A DNA stretch of 64,000 nucleotides from Candidatus Fermentibacteraceae bacterium (GCA_041750285.1 JBGSZS010000018.1:256001-320000); one strand, 5' to 3'; shown: positions 32,053 to 42,796, numbered from the stretch's first letter. Program-made: numbers and translations. Notes: a model not told the origin generated them from the sequence alone.

Positions 32053-33417
32053 ATGAACGAGGAATCCACCAACCGGTACAGGGTTCTGGTGGTCGACGAC
32101 GATCACCAGGTTCTCGACCTTGTCAGCGAGGTCCTTCGGATGGCGGGTTTCCAGAGCGCTTCCGCCATGAACGCAAGGCAGGCGCTTGCAAACCTTCGCC
32201 GCGAGCAGTTCCATCTCCTCATAACCGACGTACGCCTTCCCGACTCAAGCGGAATCGACCTGCTCCGGATCGTACGTGACAAGTATCCCAATCTCCCCGC
32301 GATCGTGGTGACCGGCTACGCCTCCATAGATGGAACGAAGGAGGCACTGAACCTCGGGGCAGTCGACTACATTCCCAAACCATTCACGCCATCGCAGTTG
32401 CTGAGCGCAGTCGAAAGAGCCATTGCCTCATCCGGCGGCCAGGGGGGCTCAACTGCGGGCAAGGGCTTGGTCAGCCACAGCCGGAAGATGAAAAGTGTGC
32501 TCGATCTGGTCCGCCAGGTTGCGGATACGGGCAGCACCGTACTGATCACAGGAGAGAGCGGCACGGGCAAGGAACTGGTCGCAAGGCTTCTTCACCGCCA
32601 GAGCAGAAGGGCGGCAATGCCGTTTGTCAGCGTGAACTCGGGAGGCATACCCGAAGGGCTTCTGGAGAGCGAGCTGTTCGGTCACATCAAGGGTTCCTAC
32701 ACCGGCGCCCATTCGACAACCATCGGCAGGTTTCAGGCCGCCGAGGGGGGAACACTGTTCCTCGACGAAGTGGGAAACATGAGCATGGCCATGCAGGTCA
32801 AGCTTCTTCGAACGCTTCAGGAACGTGAGATCACTCCGGTCGGGGCCAACAACTCGGTCAACATCGATGTCAGGCTCGTAGCGGCAACCAACTCCGATCT
32901 CGAAGCCGGAGTGAGGGCCGGAAGTTTCAGGGAAGACCTGTACTTCAGGATCAACGTCATCGACATCCACATTCCTCCCCTGCGGGAGAGGCGGGAAGAC
33001 ATCATCCCCCTGGCCGAGCACTTCCTTGCTGCCCATTCGGCAGGCAGGGACATCGATCTCTTCCTCTCACCGCAGACTGCGGCCCTTCTCACCACATACG
33101 CCTGGCCCGGAAACGTCAGGGAGTTGGAAAACGCCATGGAAAGGGCATCGGTGCTGTCTCCGGGCGAGATACTGCCCTCACATCTGCCCTCCAGGCTGGC
33201 TGCGGAGTTTCCGGGGGAGATATCCCTTCCGTCTGAAGGCGGCGGGCTGGACGAAATTGTCGCTGCGGTTGAACGGGTCTATATTCTCAACGCGCTCAGG
33301 AATTGTGGAGGGGTCAGATCCAGGGCAGCCAGACTGCTTGGCATCAAAAGGACCACGCTTCTGGCCAGGATGCGCAGGCTTGGGCTCGAGCACGAGCTGG
33401 AAAGGGCGCCGGAATGA
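32053..33417 (+). CDS. Sigma54-dependent response regulator (NtrC/AtoC family)
   Basis: Intact REC (DDD, 'ITD', 'PKP'), GESGTGKE, GSYTGA variant loop, HTH. Confidence 0.93.
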   Translation: MNEESTNRYRVLVVDDDHQVLDLVSEVLRMAGFQSASAMNARQALANLRREQFHLLITDVRLPDSSGIDLLRIVRDKYPNLPAIVVTGYASIDGTKEALNLGAVDYIPKPFTPSQLLSAVERAIASSGGQGGSTAGKGLVSHSRKMKSVLDLVRQVADTGSTVLITGESGTGKELVARLLHRQSRRAAMPFVSVNSGGIPEGLLESELFGHIKGSYTGAHSTTIGRFQAAEGGTLFLDEVGNMSMAMQVKLLRTLQEREITPVGANNSVNIDVRLVAATNSDLEAGVRAGSFREDLYFRINVIDIHIPPLRERREDIIPLAEHFLAAHSAGRDIDLFLSPQTAALLTTYAWPGNVRELENAMERASVLSPGEILPSHLPSRLAAEFPGEISLPSEGGGLDEIVAAVERVYILNALRNCGGVRSRAARLLGIKRTTLLARMRRLGLEHELERAPE

Positions 33418-35402
33418 GCCCCAATAGGACGCGTGTACTTGTCATCGACGACGACCCCCAGATCCTTGATGTGTGCCGTGAAGGGCTTCTTGCCGGCGGC
33501 TACGAGGTTACCACCGCAGCCACAGGCTCCGCAGCTCAGGCTGCCCTGTCCAAAACGGCGTTCTCACTGGTTCTTTGCGACGTTCTCCTGCCGGACACCA
33601 ACGGGCTTGAACTGCTTGAGTACATGACGTCCCGTTTCCCCGACACTTTTGTGATAATAACGACCGGTCACGCTTCGATCGATCTTGCGAAAGAGGCGAT
33701 GCGTCAGGGCGCCTTCGATTTCATCTCGAAGCCATACACAATGGGAGATCTGCTTGACACGGTCCGGCGTGCCGAGATCTCCCAGAGAAGCCTCTTCAGC
33801 GACATCGCCTACAAAGAGCTGAAAATGCTCTACGAACTCACCACGGAGACCTGGCTGTCCGATGTCTCCGTAAGCTCCTTCCTCGGCGTATACGCCGCAA
33901 AGATCCAGGAGAGCTTCTCCGCCGATGCCGTTCGCATCTATCTTACCGAATCCCCCCGGAGCACCAGGCTGAAGCTCATGGCCCAGTCGGGTATGAGCGG
34001 CATATCCGACGAGGTCTCGTGGTACTTCCTTGCCGGAAGGACCATGCAGGCCGGAGGCGAGGTCATGATCGATCCCGGGGCCGAGAACCCAGATCTGGCG
34101 GGGAACAGCTCGGCCTTCATGGGAATCGTAATCCCCGCGGGAGACATCCACCTCGGGGTTGTGCTCGCGTCGAGGCAGGGTCACCGCGACAAGTTCAAGA
34201 CCCGCGACCTCAAGATGCTTGAGCTTTATTCGGCCCAGATGGGCAACCAGCTCCACAACCTCAGGATGACACAGGATCTCCTTCGAAAGAACAGGGAACT
34301 CGAACAGATCAACATCCTCACCCATGAATTCAGCACCGACCTCAACCCGGAAAAGGTGGCCCGGCTCGCCGCATCTGGGATCCGGTGCTTCGCCCCCTTC
34401 GATGTGCTGGCTCTTTTCATTCCCTGGAGCGACGCCTCCCACTTCAGCTACATCTCCGCCGATGCGTCTCTCGATCCGGACAGGGTTGTCAAAGCGGTGA
34501 GGAAAGAGCTTTCAGCCATGGTTCACGCCGATGACATCGAACGGTACATGTGCAGGGCCGTATACCATACCTTCACTGCGGGCAGGAAGAAGGAGTTCGA
34601 CCGCCCCCCCGAGTTCCAGGTGCTGTCCCTTCCCGATTACGGAAGCATCCAGGGAAACATGCTCATGGGAACGTTCAGCGGTGAACATCGGCTGACCAGC
34701 CAGTCCCGCTTCACTCCGATCCTCATCAGAAACGCTCTGGCGGCCCTGAACAACGCGCTTCTCCACCAGGACAGCAAACGGAACTATCTGCAGACCATTG
34801 TCGCAATGGCACAGGCTGTTGACGCGAAAGACCCCTACACCCACGACCACTCCAGGAACGTCACGGCCTACACGCTTGCCATTGCTGACGGCATGGGCAT
34901 TTCGGGCAGGGATCGCGAACTCCTCTGGAGCGCGGCCCTTCTGCACGACATCGGCAAGATAGGCATCCCCGAATCAATACTGAACAAACCGGGCCGCCTC
35001 TCCGAAGAGGAATTCAGGATCATCAAGTCTCACTCTGAAAAGGGCTGCCAGATACTGAAACCGGTGACCGCCTTCCAGGGCATTCTGGAAATAGTGAGAC
35101 ACCATCACGAGAGGTTCGACGGCAACGGGTATCCGGACGGTCTCAGGGAGAAGGCCATTCCCCGCCAGGCCAGGATCCTGACAGTCGCCGACGCCTACGA
35201 CGCAATGAGCAGCGACAGGGTATACCGCAAGTCACCCGGGGCAGACTACGCCATCGACCAGCTCGTTCAGCGCTCAGGAACCCAGTTCGATCCCGAGATA
35301 GCCGGCCTGTTCATGAGGATACTCCGAAGCCGCTCACCCGAGGCGATCCTCGAGAGCTACAACAGGGCAATGGGGGAGGGAATCCCGGTTCCGCCTGCAT
35401 GA
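33414..35402 (+). CDS. REC-GAF-HD-GYP cyclic-dinucleotide phosphodiesterase
   Basis: N-terminal REC, GAF-like middle, 'HDIGKIG', 'HHERFDGNGYPDG'; ATGA overlap with the upstream gene. Confidence 0.9.
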   Translation: MSPNRTRVLVIDDDPQILDVCREGLLAGGYEVTTAATGSAAQAALSKTAFSLVLCDVLLPDTNGLELLEYMTSRFPDTFVIITTGHASIDLAKEAMRQGAFDFISKPYTMGDLLDTVRRAEISQRSLFSDIAYKELKMLYELTTETWLSDVSVSSFLGVYAAKIQESFSADAVRIYLTESPRSTRLKLMAQSGMSGISDEVSWYFLAGRTMQAGGEVMIDPGAENPDLAGNSSAFMGIVIPAGDIHLGVVLASRQGHRDKFKTRDLKMLELYSAQMGNQLHNLRMTQDLLRKNRELEQINILTHEFSTDLNPEKVARLAASGIRCFAPFDVLALFIPWSDASHFSYISADASLDPDRVVKAVRKELSAMVHADDIERYMCRAVYHTFTAGRKKEFDRPPEFQVLSLPDYGSIQGNMLMGTFSGEHRLTSQSRFTPILIRNALAALNNALLHQDSKRNYLQTIVAMAQAVDAKDPYTHDHSRNVTAYTLAIADGMGISGRDRELLWSAALLHDIGKIGIPESILNKPGRLSEEEFRIIKSHSEKGCQILKPVTAFQGILEIVRHHHERFDGNGYPDGLREKAIPRQARILTVADAYDAMSSDRVYRKSPGADYAIDQLVQRSGTQFDPEIAGLFMRILRSRSPEAILESYNRAMGEGIPVPPA

Positions 35403-35459
35403 CGGGCAACCCGGACCAGCCCCTCCTTCGAACGAACGATACAGTGAAGGGAAAAGCAA

Positions 35460-36737
35460 ATGTCCGAAATAGCAGTTGTTCACTCGAGACAGATCCTCGA
35501 TTCCAGGGGCAACCCGACGCTTGAAACGGATGTCTACCTCGAAGACGGCTCGTTCGGACGGGCCGCCGTGCCAAGCGGCGCCTCCACGGGCGAGCACGAA
35601 GCCTGCGAGCTTCGTGACGGCGGCGAGGCATTCGGGGGCAGGGGGGTTTCCAGGGCCGTTTCCAATGTCATCAACAGAATAGGACCCGCGGTGGTTGGAA
35701 TGTCGGCCCTTGAGCAGTACGAGCTCGACAGGATCATGATCGATCTGGACGGAACCGCCAACAAGTCCGAACTGGGCGCCAACGCAATCCTCAGCGTTTC
35801 CATGGCTGTCTCCCGGGCCGCCGCAGACAGCCTTGGCGTGCCCCTTTACCGGTACCTCGGCGGACCCATGGCAAGGGTGCTTCCGGTGCCCATGATGAAC
35901 ATTCTGAACGGGGGGGCGCATGCCTCGAACATGATCGACCTTCAGGAGTTCATGATAGTGCCGGCCGGTTTTCAGACCTTCGGCAGAGCCCTGCGGGCAG
36001 GCGCCGAAGTCTTCGCCGCACTGAAAAAACTCGCATCCGCCCGGAACATGCCCACATCTGTAGGTGACGAGGGCGGGCTGGCGCCCGACCTTCCTGACAA
36101 CCGGGCGGTCCTCAGCTTCATCCTCGAGTCGGTCGAGAAAGCCGGATACGCTCCGGGCAGGGACATCTTCATCGCCCTCGATCCCGCTGCAAGCGGCTTC
36201 TTCCGCAACGGGCGCTACACGATGAACGGCGAGCGGACCGACGGTTTCAGCAGCGCAGAACTGGTCGACTACTGGGCTGAACTTGTCAGCGAGTTTCCCA
36301 TCCTCAGCATCGAGGACGGCCTTGCCGAGGATGACTGGGAGGGCTGGCGCCTCATGAACGGGAAGCTCGGCGGAAAGATACACATCGTGGGCGACGATCT
36401 TTTCGTCACCAACGCGAAAAGGCTCAGAGAGGGCATCGAGACCGGAGCCGCGAACGCAATTCTCATCAAGCTGAACCAGATAGGCACGGTGAGTGAGACC
36501 CTGGGCGCGATCGAAATGGCTCACAGGGCTGGAATGAGGGCTGTGGTCAGCCACCGCAGCGGCGAAACGTCAGACTCGTACATCGCCGACCTCGCCGTGG
36601 CAACGGGAACCGGTTTCATTAAAACAGGTTCGGCATGCAGAGGCGAGCGGACGGAAAAGTACAACCAGCTCCTCCGGATCGAGGAAGAGCTGGGAGGGTC
36701 CGCCCTCTACGCCGGACCATGGGCAGGCAGGGGCTGA
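35460..36737 (+). CDS. eno: Enolase
   Basis: 'DSRGNPT', 'VPSGASTG', 'SHRSGET', '[10 protein letters not shown]'. Confidence 0.99.
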   Translation: MSEIAVVHSRQILDSRGNPTLETDVYLEDGSFGRAAVPSGASTGEHEACELRDGGEAFGGRGVSRAVSNVINRIGPAVVGMSALEQYELDRIMIDLDGTANKSELGANAILSVSMAVSRAAADSLGVPLYRYLGGPMARVLPVPMMNILNGGAHASNMIDLQEFMIVPAGFQTFGRALRAGAEVFAALKKLASARNMPTSVGDEGGLAPDLPDNRAVLSFILESVEKAGYAPGRDIFIALDPAASGFFRNGRYTMNGERTDGFSSAELVDYWAELVSEFPILSIEDGLAEDDWEGWRLMNGKLGGKIHIVGDDLFVTNAKRLREGIETGAANAILIKLNQIGTVSETLGAIEMAHRAGMRAVVSHRSGETSDSYIADLAVATGTGFIKTGSACRGERTEKYNQLLRIEEELGGSALYAGPWAGRG

Positions 36738-36760
36738 GCTTGGCCTTTTCAGCACCGGGA

Positions 36761-37054
36761 ATGGAGAAAACGGGGAGGGGGCGTTACATCGCCCTTCTCC
36801 TCGCCGTTCTGCTGCTGGTGACCGCCGCCCTCGTACTTTTCAACCGGAACGGCTTCCTCGCCAACAGGCGGCTGCAGCTCCAGATGCAGGAGACGGCGAG
36901 AGAGATCGATTCAAGGGCGGCCCTGCTTGACTCGCTGGAGGAGTGTGCCCGAAGGCTGACCACCGATTCCCTCTTCATGGAAACCCGCGTCCGGGAAGTG
37001 CTGGGGTGGGGAAGACCCGATGAGCACATCGTGAGGTTCGTGGAACCGGAGTGA
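36761..37054 (+). CDS. ftsB: Septum formation initiator FtsB/DivIC
   Basis: TM plus coiled coil plus 'E..VREVLGW.RPDE'; follows eno; start uncertain (TTG 36740 possible). Confidence 0.8.
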   Translation: MEKTGRGRYIALLLAVLLLVTAALVLFNRNGFLANRRLQLQMQETAREIDSRAALLDSLEECARRLTTDSLFMETRVREVLGWGRPDEHIVRFVEPE

Positions 37055-38352
37055 AAAAGACATCCCTTTCCATTCCGCTGCTGTCGATTCTATGCACGGC
37101 ACCCCTGGTGGTGATGATCCTCTCTGCCAGCTTCATGCCCGACTCCGACAGGGCCGCCCACTCCCTGTGGGCGGGGCAGCTCCTGCGGGAAGGCAGCCTT
37201 TCGATCTCCCCCGACGGCGTGGTTGACGACTGGAAGGCATTCTACCCCAACACGGTGCCAAAACCCGCCGACCTGTTTCTCGGTGTCATGGGCACCCTGT
37301 CCGGGCCGTTCCTTGAGGGCATGTTATGGACGGCGCTTTCCTGGGCGGCGATCTTCGGCGCCATGAAAGCTGCGGGTGGCGGATTGCCAGGTACCGCTAC
37401 GGGGGTGTTCCTGGGTCTCAACCCGGTCTTTTTGAACCTCTGCATGACAAGAAGCCCCGCAGTGCCTTTCATGGCTCTCATTTACACCGGCGTCTCGGGC
37501 AATTCCCCCGCAGCATTCGCCCTGTCATCCCTGGTGCGCCCCGAGGGGTTCATCTTCGGGGTATGGAAGGCACTCAGGGCGAGAAGTTTCAAGGCAGTTC
37601 CCATCCTGGTCCTGTCTGCGGGAGTATGGGCTCTTTTGAACTCACAGGCGTGCGGAGACCTTTTCTGGTCGGGGCGGGAGGTCCGTTACTGCGTTGCCGC
37701 AATGGGTTACGGAACTCCGAACGTGATCACCTACGTTCCATGGCTCTTCCTGAGGGCGGTGGCGGTTCTCGGCCCGCTTCCCCTCGCGGCACTGCTTTGC
37801 AGGGCGGCGAGCTGGGACCTCGGGCGTCCCGTCCTGCTCAACTTTTTGTTTCTCTGGGTCGGGCTGGCTTTCGGAAGCCTCGTTCTCCCCCGGTACGCCG
37901 ATCAGATACTGCTTCTTGCGGTTCCCTTCGCCATGGGCGCTGTGCTCGGCTCGTTCCGCGGCATGGGCCCGGTGGCGGCGGTTGCTCTCTGTTTGGCAGG
38001 AGCGGCGCTTCCATGGGCGGACACCATCGATTCCTGGGGCACCGAGGCGGCGCTCGACCGTAACCTCGGGGCCGTCTCGGCATCACTGCCTGACGGCATT
38101 ATCGCGGCCAACGAACTTGTCATTCCAAGACTGGCCATTCTCGACGGAGGAAGGGGCTATCCGGACAGGTATGTCGCACTGGACAGGGCGGTTTGGGAGG
38201 GCGCCGGGGAGGACGACCTTCTGGGCCACGGGGTGACCGCAATCGTTATCTTCAGGGATGACTTCTACCTCTCGGACCATGCCGCAGCATGGATCGACAC
38301 ACTGTCGGGAAGGATCCCTTTGTTCGACATATCACCACCCCGGTCTCGATGA
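37051..38352 (+). CDS. Polytopic membrane protein, possibly GT-C-like
   Basis: Multiple TMs, 'LVRPEG', 'LPRY'; coupled to both neighbours. Confidence 0.55.
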   Translation: MKKTSLSIPLLSILCTAPLVVMILSASFMPDSDRAAHSLWAGQLLREGSLSISPDGVVDDWKAFYPNTVPKPADLFLGVMGTLSGPFLEGMLWTALSWAAIFGAMKAAGGGLPGTATGVFLGLNPVFLNLCMTRSPAVPFMALIYTGVSGNSPAAFALSSLVRPEGFIFGVWKALRARSFKAVPILVLSAGVWALLNSQACGDLFWSGREVRYCVAAMGYGTPNVITYVPWLFLRAVAVLGPLPLAALLCRAASWDLGRPVLLNFLFLWVGLAFGSLVLPRYADQILLLAVPFAMGAVLGSFRGMGPVAAVALCLAGAALPWADTIDSWGTEAALDRNLGAVSASLPDGIIAANELVIPRLAILDGGRGYPDRYVALDRAVWEGAGEDDLLGHGVTAIVIFRDDFYLSDHAAAWIDTLSGRIPLFDISPPRSR

Positions 38353-39269
38353 CGGCAAGAATACGGGTGCAGTCCGCCGGAAGAAGGGGCGTCGTACTGG
38401 CCCTGCCCGGCGGTGAGACCGTCAAGGCTTCGGTCTCGGGGATCGTCTATCGCGATTCGGGCGGACCGGTGTGCGGCGATGTGGTCGAGGCCGTACCTGA
38501 AAGCCCAAGATGGCGCGTGACGGCCATCTCTGAAAGAACCAGCGTTCTCACCCGCACCTCCCCCCTGGGAAAGCCTCAGGTACTGGCCGCCAACATCGAC
38601 AGGGTCCTGGTGGTGGCATCCATCTGTTCCCCGGCCCTCAGAAGGGGTTTTCTCGACAGGGTCCTGGCTTCGGCTGAACACAGCGGTCTCAGCTGCTCGG
38701 TCGTTTTGAACAAGGCCGATCTTGCCGACCACCCCGAGGCCGCCTCGCTGCCCGAGATACAAAGGGTGTATGGCGAAGGGGCGGGGTACAGGGTCCTTGT
38801 GGTTTCGGCGAAAACCGGGATGGGCATGGAGCAGCTTTCCGCATTCATAGAAGGGCAGACCGTTGTCCTCACAGGTCCCTCCGGGGCCGGCAAGTCGTCC
38901 GTAGCCATGAAGCTTAACCCCGGGCTGGATCTGGCGGTGGGCGCCCTGAATCGGAAAACCTCGCGGGGGCGCCACACAACCGTTGCTGCCAGGCTCCTGC
39001 ACCTGTGGGGAGACACATGGATGATGGATACCCCGGGACTCAGGGCCTTTTCCATCGAGCACATACCGGACGATGAACTATGGCTGTGTTTCCCCGAGTT
39101 CAGGGGTCTCGAACCATGCCGCTACAGGAACTGCCTGCACGACTCAGAACCCGGTTGTCCCGTGCGTGACGGTGTGGCATCCGGCTCGATAGACCGGGAT
39201 CGTTACGACTCTTATCTCAAGCTTCTTGGTGAGATACGGGAGGGACGCCCCGTGGGCGTCCGGGAATGA
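38349..39269 (+). CDS. rsgA: Ribosome small subunit-dependent GTPase A
   Basis: NKAD, GPSGAGKSS, 'GRHTT', DTPG, 'CRYRNCLHDSEPGC'. Confidence 0.96.
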   Translation: MTARIRVQSAGRRGVVLALPGGETVKASVSGIVYRDSGGPVCGDVVEAVPESPRWRVTAISERTSVLTRTSPLGKPQVLAANIDRVLVVASICSPALRRGFLDRVLASAEHSGLSCSVVLNKADLADHPEAASLPEIQRVYGEGAGYRVLVVSAKTGMGMEQLSAFIEGQTVVLTGPSGAGKSSVAMKLNPGLDLAVGALNRKTSRGRHTTVAARLLHLWGDTWMMDTPGLRAFSIEHIPDDELWLCFPEFRGLEPCRYRNCLHDSEPGCPVRDGVASGSIDRDRYDSYLKLLGEIREGRPVGVRE

Positions 39270-39301
39270 AAAAAAGAAAGTTATCCGGTGTTTTCGTTTT
39301 C

Positions 39302-40153
39302 TCACAGACGCGGCAGCCCGGGGGCGACCCGGGTTCTGAGCGAGGATAGCGCCGCAGCGTAGCCTTTCCGTTCCGGCGAGGACCCCGGAAAGATGCCCAT
39401 CCTGACAAGGCACTTCAGCATGACGAGCCGGCGCACCGCTTCGGAGGAGTCCGGCCGGTTCAGGTCGAACCACTTCCACATCCCCCAGTGAAAGCACGCC
39501 AGCCTCACCTCGCCCGCCGACGGGGCACCGGAGCCCTCCCGGTGGACGAACCTCGCCTTTTCGCAGAAACGGGTCTCGATGGCCTTGGCATGGGCCCTGG
39601 CGCAAAGGTCTACATCCTCGAAGTACAGGGGATAATCCCTGTGAAAACCCCCAAGTGTATCCAGAAACAATGATCTTTCCACAAGTATGAGGGCGCCCTG
39701 GACCCAGTTCGGGGGCGTTCCCTGCCATAGGGTTTTCGCCCTTCGGAACACCTGGGCGGCTACCCACGGAACCGTGGGCCATCGGCCGCCGGAAGGGATC
39801 GGCTTTCCGGTGCCGTCGAGCAGGACCGCTCCCGACAGGGTGCCTTCGCGGTGATGATCAAGCAGCGCCGCAAGTGAGCGGGGGTTTTCAGGAACGGTGT
39901 CGGGGTTGGTGACGAGTACCAGAGGGGTGGCGCAGGCCGCAACCGCGATGTTCACGCCGCAACCGAAGCCCAGGTTGCCACCGGTCCGGATCACGGGAAC
40001 GTCCGATCTTCCGGGAAACCCGTCCGATGAGCCGTTGTCCGCCACAAGGAGGCGGCACCCCGTCGGGGTCCAGGCGTCCCGCCAATGAAGGAGGGCCCCG
40101 CCGCTGTTGGCAGCCACGGTGAGAACCGTGATGTCGCCCGGCGAAGCCCTCAT
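39302..40153 (-). CDS. Glycosyltransferase GT2
   Basis: 'DNGSSDG', 'NLGFG', 'NPD', 'LYFEDVD'. Confidence 0.88.
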   Translation of the reverse strand: MRASPGDITVLTVAANSGGALLHWRDAWTPTGCRLLVADNGSSDGFPGRSDVPVIRTGGNLGFGCGVNIAVAACATPLVLVTNPDTVPENPRSLAALLDHHREGTLSGAVLLDGTGKPIPSGGRWPTVPWVAAQVFRRAKTLWQGTPPNWVQGALILVERSLFLDTLGGFHRDYPLYFEDVDLCARAHAKAIETRFCEKARFVHREGSGAPSAGEVRLACFHWGMWKWFDLNRPDSSEAVRRLVMLKCLVRMGIFPGSSPERKGYAAALSSLRTRVAPGLPRL

Positions 40154-40177
40154 CAGTTACCGGCCGTTTCGGGGAAG

Positions 40178-41116
40178 CTAGAGAAGGGTGGCCACCATGA
40201 GGGCCTTAATGGTGTGCTTCCTGTTCTCGGCCTCGTCCCATACAACCGAGTTCGGGCCCTCAATGACGTCGTACGTTACTTCCTGTCCCTTCACGGCCGG
40301 AAGGCAGTGCATGAAGAGAACGTCGTTCCCGGCCATGTCCAGCATCTCCTGGTTCACCTGGTAGGGGGTGAGGAGCTTGATCCTGTCCTTTGCCTTCTCC
40401 TCCTCGCCCATGCTGGCCCAGACATCTGTGTAGATCACATCGGCGCCGGGGATTGCCTCGGTGAGTTTGTCGGTGACCCTTATCTCGCAGCCGCTGTCTG
40501 CCGCCACGCCCCGCACGCGCTCAAGAAGCCCGCCCTCGGGCTGAAGTTCCTTCGGGGCCAGGATGGTGCAGTCCAACCCCATCTTGGCGCAGCCGATCAT
40601 CAGGCTGTTGGCCATGTTGTTGCGGCCGTCGCCGGCGTAGACCAGTGAAAGGCCGGGAAGCTCGCCGGTGTGTTCCTCGATGGTCATCAGATCGGCCAGG
40701 ACCTGGGTGGGGTGAAACATGTCGGTCAGGGCGTTGTAGACCGGAACACCCGAATAGTCGTCCAGCGCTTCGACCATCTCCTGGCTGAACCCGCGGAACA
40801 TTATGGCGTCGAACATTCGCCCGAGGACCCTTGCGGTGTCCTCGATGCTCTCCTTCACGCCGAGCTGGATGTCGGCGCTGGAAAGGAAGACCGGGTGGCC
40901 GCCCTCCTCGCCGAAGGCGGTCTCGAAGGCACAGCGGGTGCGGGTCGAGCGCTTCTCGAAAAGCATGGCCAGGGTCTTGCCCTGAAAGCGCTGGTAGACC
41001 TGAAAGCCGGTCCGTTCAGCCTTGAGGTTGTGGGAAACGTCGAGCAGGTACCGGATCTGCTCGGGGCTCAGATCCAGAAGCGTCAGCAGGCTTTTGCCCC
41101 TGAGGTTGATTGCCAT
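40178..41116 (-). CDS. argF: Ornithine carbamoyltransferase
   Basis: STRT, HPTQ, 'DVWASMG', HCLP. Confidence 0.95.
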   Translation of the reverse strand: MAINLRGKSLLTLLDLSPEQIRYLLDVSHNLKAERTGFQVYQRFQGKTLAMLFEKRSTRTRCAFETAFGEEGGHPVFLSSADIQLGVKESIEDTARVLGRMFDAIMFRGFSQEMVEALDDYSGVPVYNALTDMFHPTQVLADLMTIEEHTGELPGLSLVYAGDGRNNMANSLMIGCAKMGLDCTILAPKELQPEGGLLERVRGVAADSGCEIRVTDKLTEAIPGADVIYTDVWASMGEEEKAKDRIKLLTPYQVNQEMLDMAGNDVLFMHCLPAVKGQEVTYDVIEGPNSVVWDEAENRKHTIKALMVATLL

Positions 41117-41129
41117 TGTTCCTCCCTTA

Positions 41130-41915
41130 TCAGTTCTTGAGTGAATCCCAGATTATGCTCAGAGCAAGGTCGGCCTTCCCGGGGCAGCACAGGTTTTCGG
41201 TGAGGATCACGATGCCGTAGTCCTCCCCGGACGGCTTCCGGACTATCAGGAATATATGCCGCGAGGAACCGGTCTCATCGAACCAGCCGTAGAGCATGTT
41301 CGAGGTTCCCATGGTTTCCCGGTTGGCCTGGGAGAGGGGAGGGTTGTCGCCTATGCGGCGTGCGTTCCTGTTCTCGATGTTCCGGTAGACTATCTCCAGA
41401 AAACCAAGGGCATCGTCCACCGTTATGTAGTTGGGATCGGGTTCGTAGGGAATCGGCGTGTCGAGGTATACACCGTTGACCACCGTTCCCGTAAAGCCTT
41501 CCTCGCTCAGCCACTCGGCGATGCGGGTTTCGCGGATGCTCCAGATGGCCGCCGCGCACATGCCCCTGCCTCCCTGCTGGGCCCAGTGAAGCCTCTCCCA
41601 GAACCTCTCGTTCCTGGCGATCATGCTGTCGAGCGGAATCTCGCCTGAGTTTGAGAGCTCGATCCCGATGGCAGCAATGGGAAGCGAGGGCATGTCGAGC
41701 CTGAAACTTCTGGAAAGGTTCCGGGTTGCCCTTTCGCCGCTGCGGAGGTCGACCACTCCTATCCCCCAGACTGCTCCGTCCAGGTCTGCAGCCCGCGAAA
41801 CCGCCCCGGCCACCCCGTCCGGAAGCCCTGTGGAAGGTGTGACAAGCGTGTCGGGGTTCTGGAGGACGAGGGGCTGACCCAGGAGAACCAGTGAGCCAAG
41901 CATTACGTGTAGCAT
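41130..41915 (-). CDS. Secreted protein resembling the class A beta-lactamase/serine hydrolase fold, lacking SxxK
   Basis: 'WGIGVVDLRSGE', 'NYITVDDALGFLE', 'YGIVILT'; no SxxK or KTG. Confidence 0.45.
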   Translation of the reverse strand: MLHVMLGSLVLLGQPLVLQNPDTLVTPSTGLPDGVAGAVSRAADLDGAVWGIGVVDLRSGERATRNLSRSFRLDMPSLPIAAIGIELSNSGEIPLDSMIARNERFWERLHWAQQGGRGMCAAAIWSIRETRIAEWLSEEGFTGTVVNGVYLDTPIPYEPDPNYITVDDALGFLEIVYRNIENRNARRIGDNPPLSQANRETMGTSNMLYGWFDETGSSRHIFLIVRKPSGEDYGIVILTENLCCPGKADLALSIIWDSLKN

Positions 41916-41933
41916 GTGCTGAATCCTCCAAGC

Positions 41934-41959
41934 AAAAGGGGGGAGCCGAAGCCCCCCCC
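41934..41959 (-). terminator. Intrinsic terminator after the lipoprotein gene
   Basis: G/C-run stem followed by U4 on the minus strand. Confidence 0.6.
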
Positions 41960-41977
41960 GGTGTGAAGCAGGATGTT

Positions 41978-42796
41978 CTAGTAGTTGCTGGTGAAGACGG
42001 TGACGTCGGCCATGGTCTGGTATTCGTACTGGAAGCTGACCATGGTTCCGTTCTGGCTGATGGGCTCGGGGGCGATCGCGAGGTCGAACATCTTCACGTA
42101 GTAGACTTCCCCGCCCGTGAAGGGAAGCGCGCAGAACACTGCGCTGTCGGACGCGTAGAGCTGGTAGCTCTCGTACCAGGTGCCGGTGCCGTACTGGTTG
42201 CAGTAACCGTAGGCGCCGGCGGGGTCGGCCATGTATGTGGGGTTGCCGTTGCCGAACTGGCCGTAGGCACCGGAGAAGAGCCAGACCTCGGAGTCACCCT
42301 TGCTGAGGTCGTAGGCGTAGATGTCCTGCACGAAGCCGGTCTGGCTGGCGAAACCGGTCTGACCGCCCGTGGGGCCGAATATGAAGCCGCTGTGATACTC
42401 TGCGGGGGCGTAGTTGTCGTAGATGGTGTATACAGTGGTGATGATGTTGGGCAGGGTGTTGACCTCGGTGGCGTAGCCCTCGGAGGTGTTTTCGCCCTCG
42501 TAGGCCATGACGGTGTAGTAACCCGCGGCCATTGCGGTGTGGGTGTATGTGGTCGTGGCGACGTCGCCGACCTCGGCCCAGGAGCCGCCGGTGGTTTCGC
42601 GGAAGTAGACCCTGTAGCCGTCCACGCCTTCGACTGCGGACCAGGTGAGAACGATGCTGTTACCGGCGCTGGCTGCACCGATGGCGAGGTCCTGAACGAT
42701 AGGAAGGTCGCCTTCCGGGCCCTCGGGGTCGTCACCGGCGCAGCCCGACATAACGATCATGCCAAGCACCAATGCGGAAACAAGAAGCTTTTTCAC
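41978..42796 (-). CDS. Lipoprotein with N-terminal Fn3-like domain
   Basis: Lipobox MSGC; 'LTWSAVEGVDGYRVY', 'YYTVMAY'. Confidence 0.85.
   Translation of the reverse strand: MKKLLVSALVLGMIVMSGCAGDDPEGPEGDLPIVQDLAIGAASAGNSIVLTWSAVEGVDGYRVYFRETTGGSWAEVGDVATTTYTHTAMAAGYYTVMAYEGENTSEGYATEVNTLPNIITTVYTIYDNYAPAEYHSGFIFGPTGGQTGFASQTGFVQDIYAYDLSKGDSEVWLFSGAYGQFGNGNPTYMADPAGAYGYCNQYGTGTWYESYQLYASDSAVFCALPFTGGEVYYVKMFDLAIAPEPISQNGTMVSFQYEYQTMADVTVFTSNY

Noticed and set aside
32692..32709. GSYTGA instead of GAFTGA implying a sigma54-independent regulator
   Set aside because: The substitutions are conservative and the key Thr is retained; such variants occur in functional activators.
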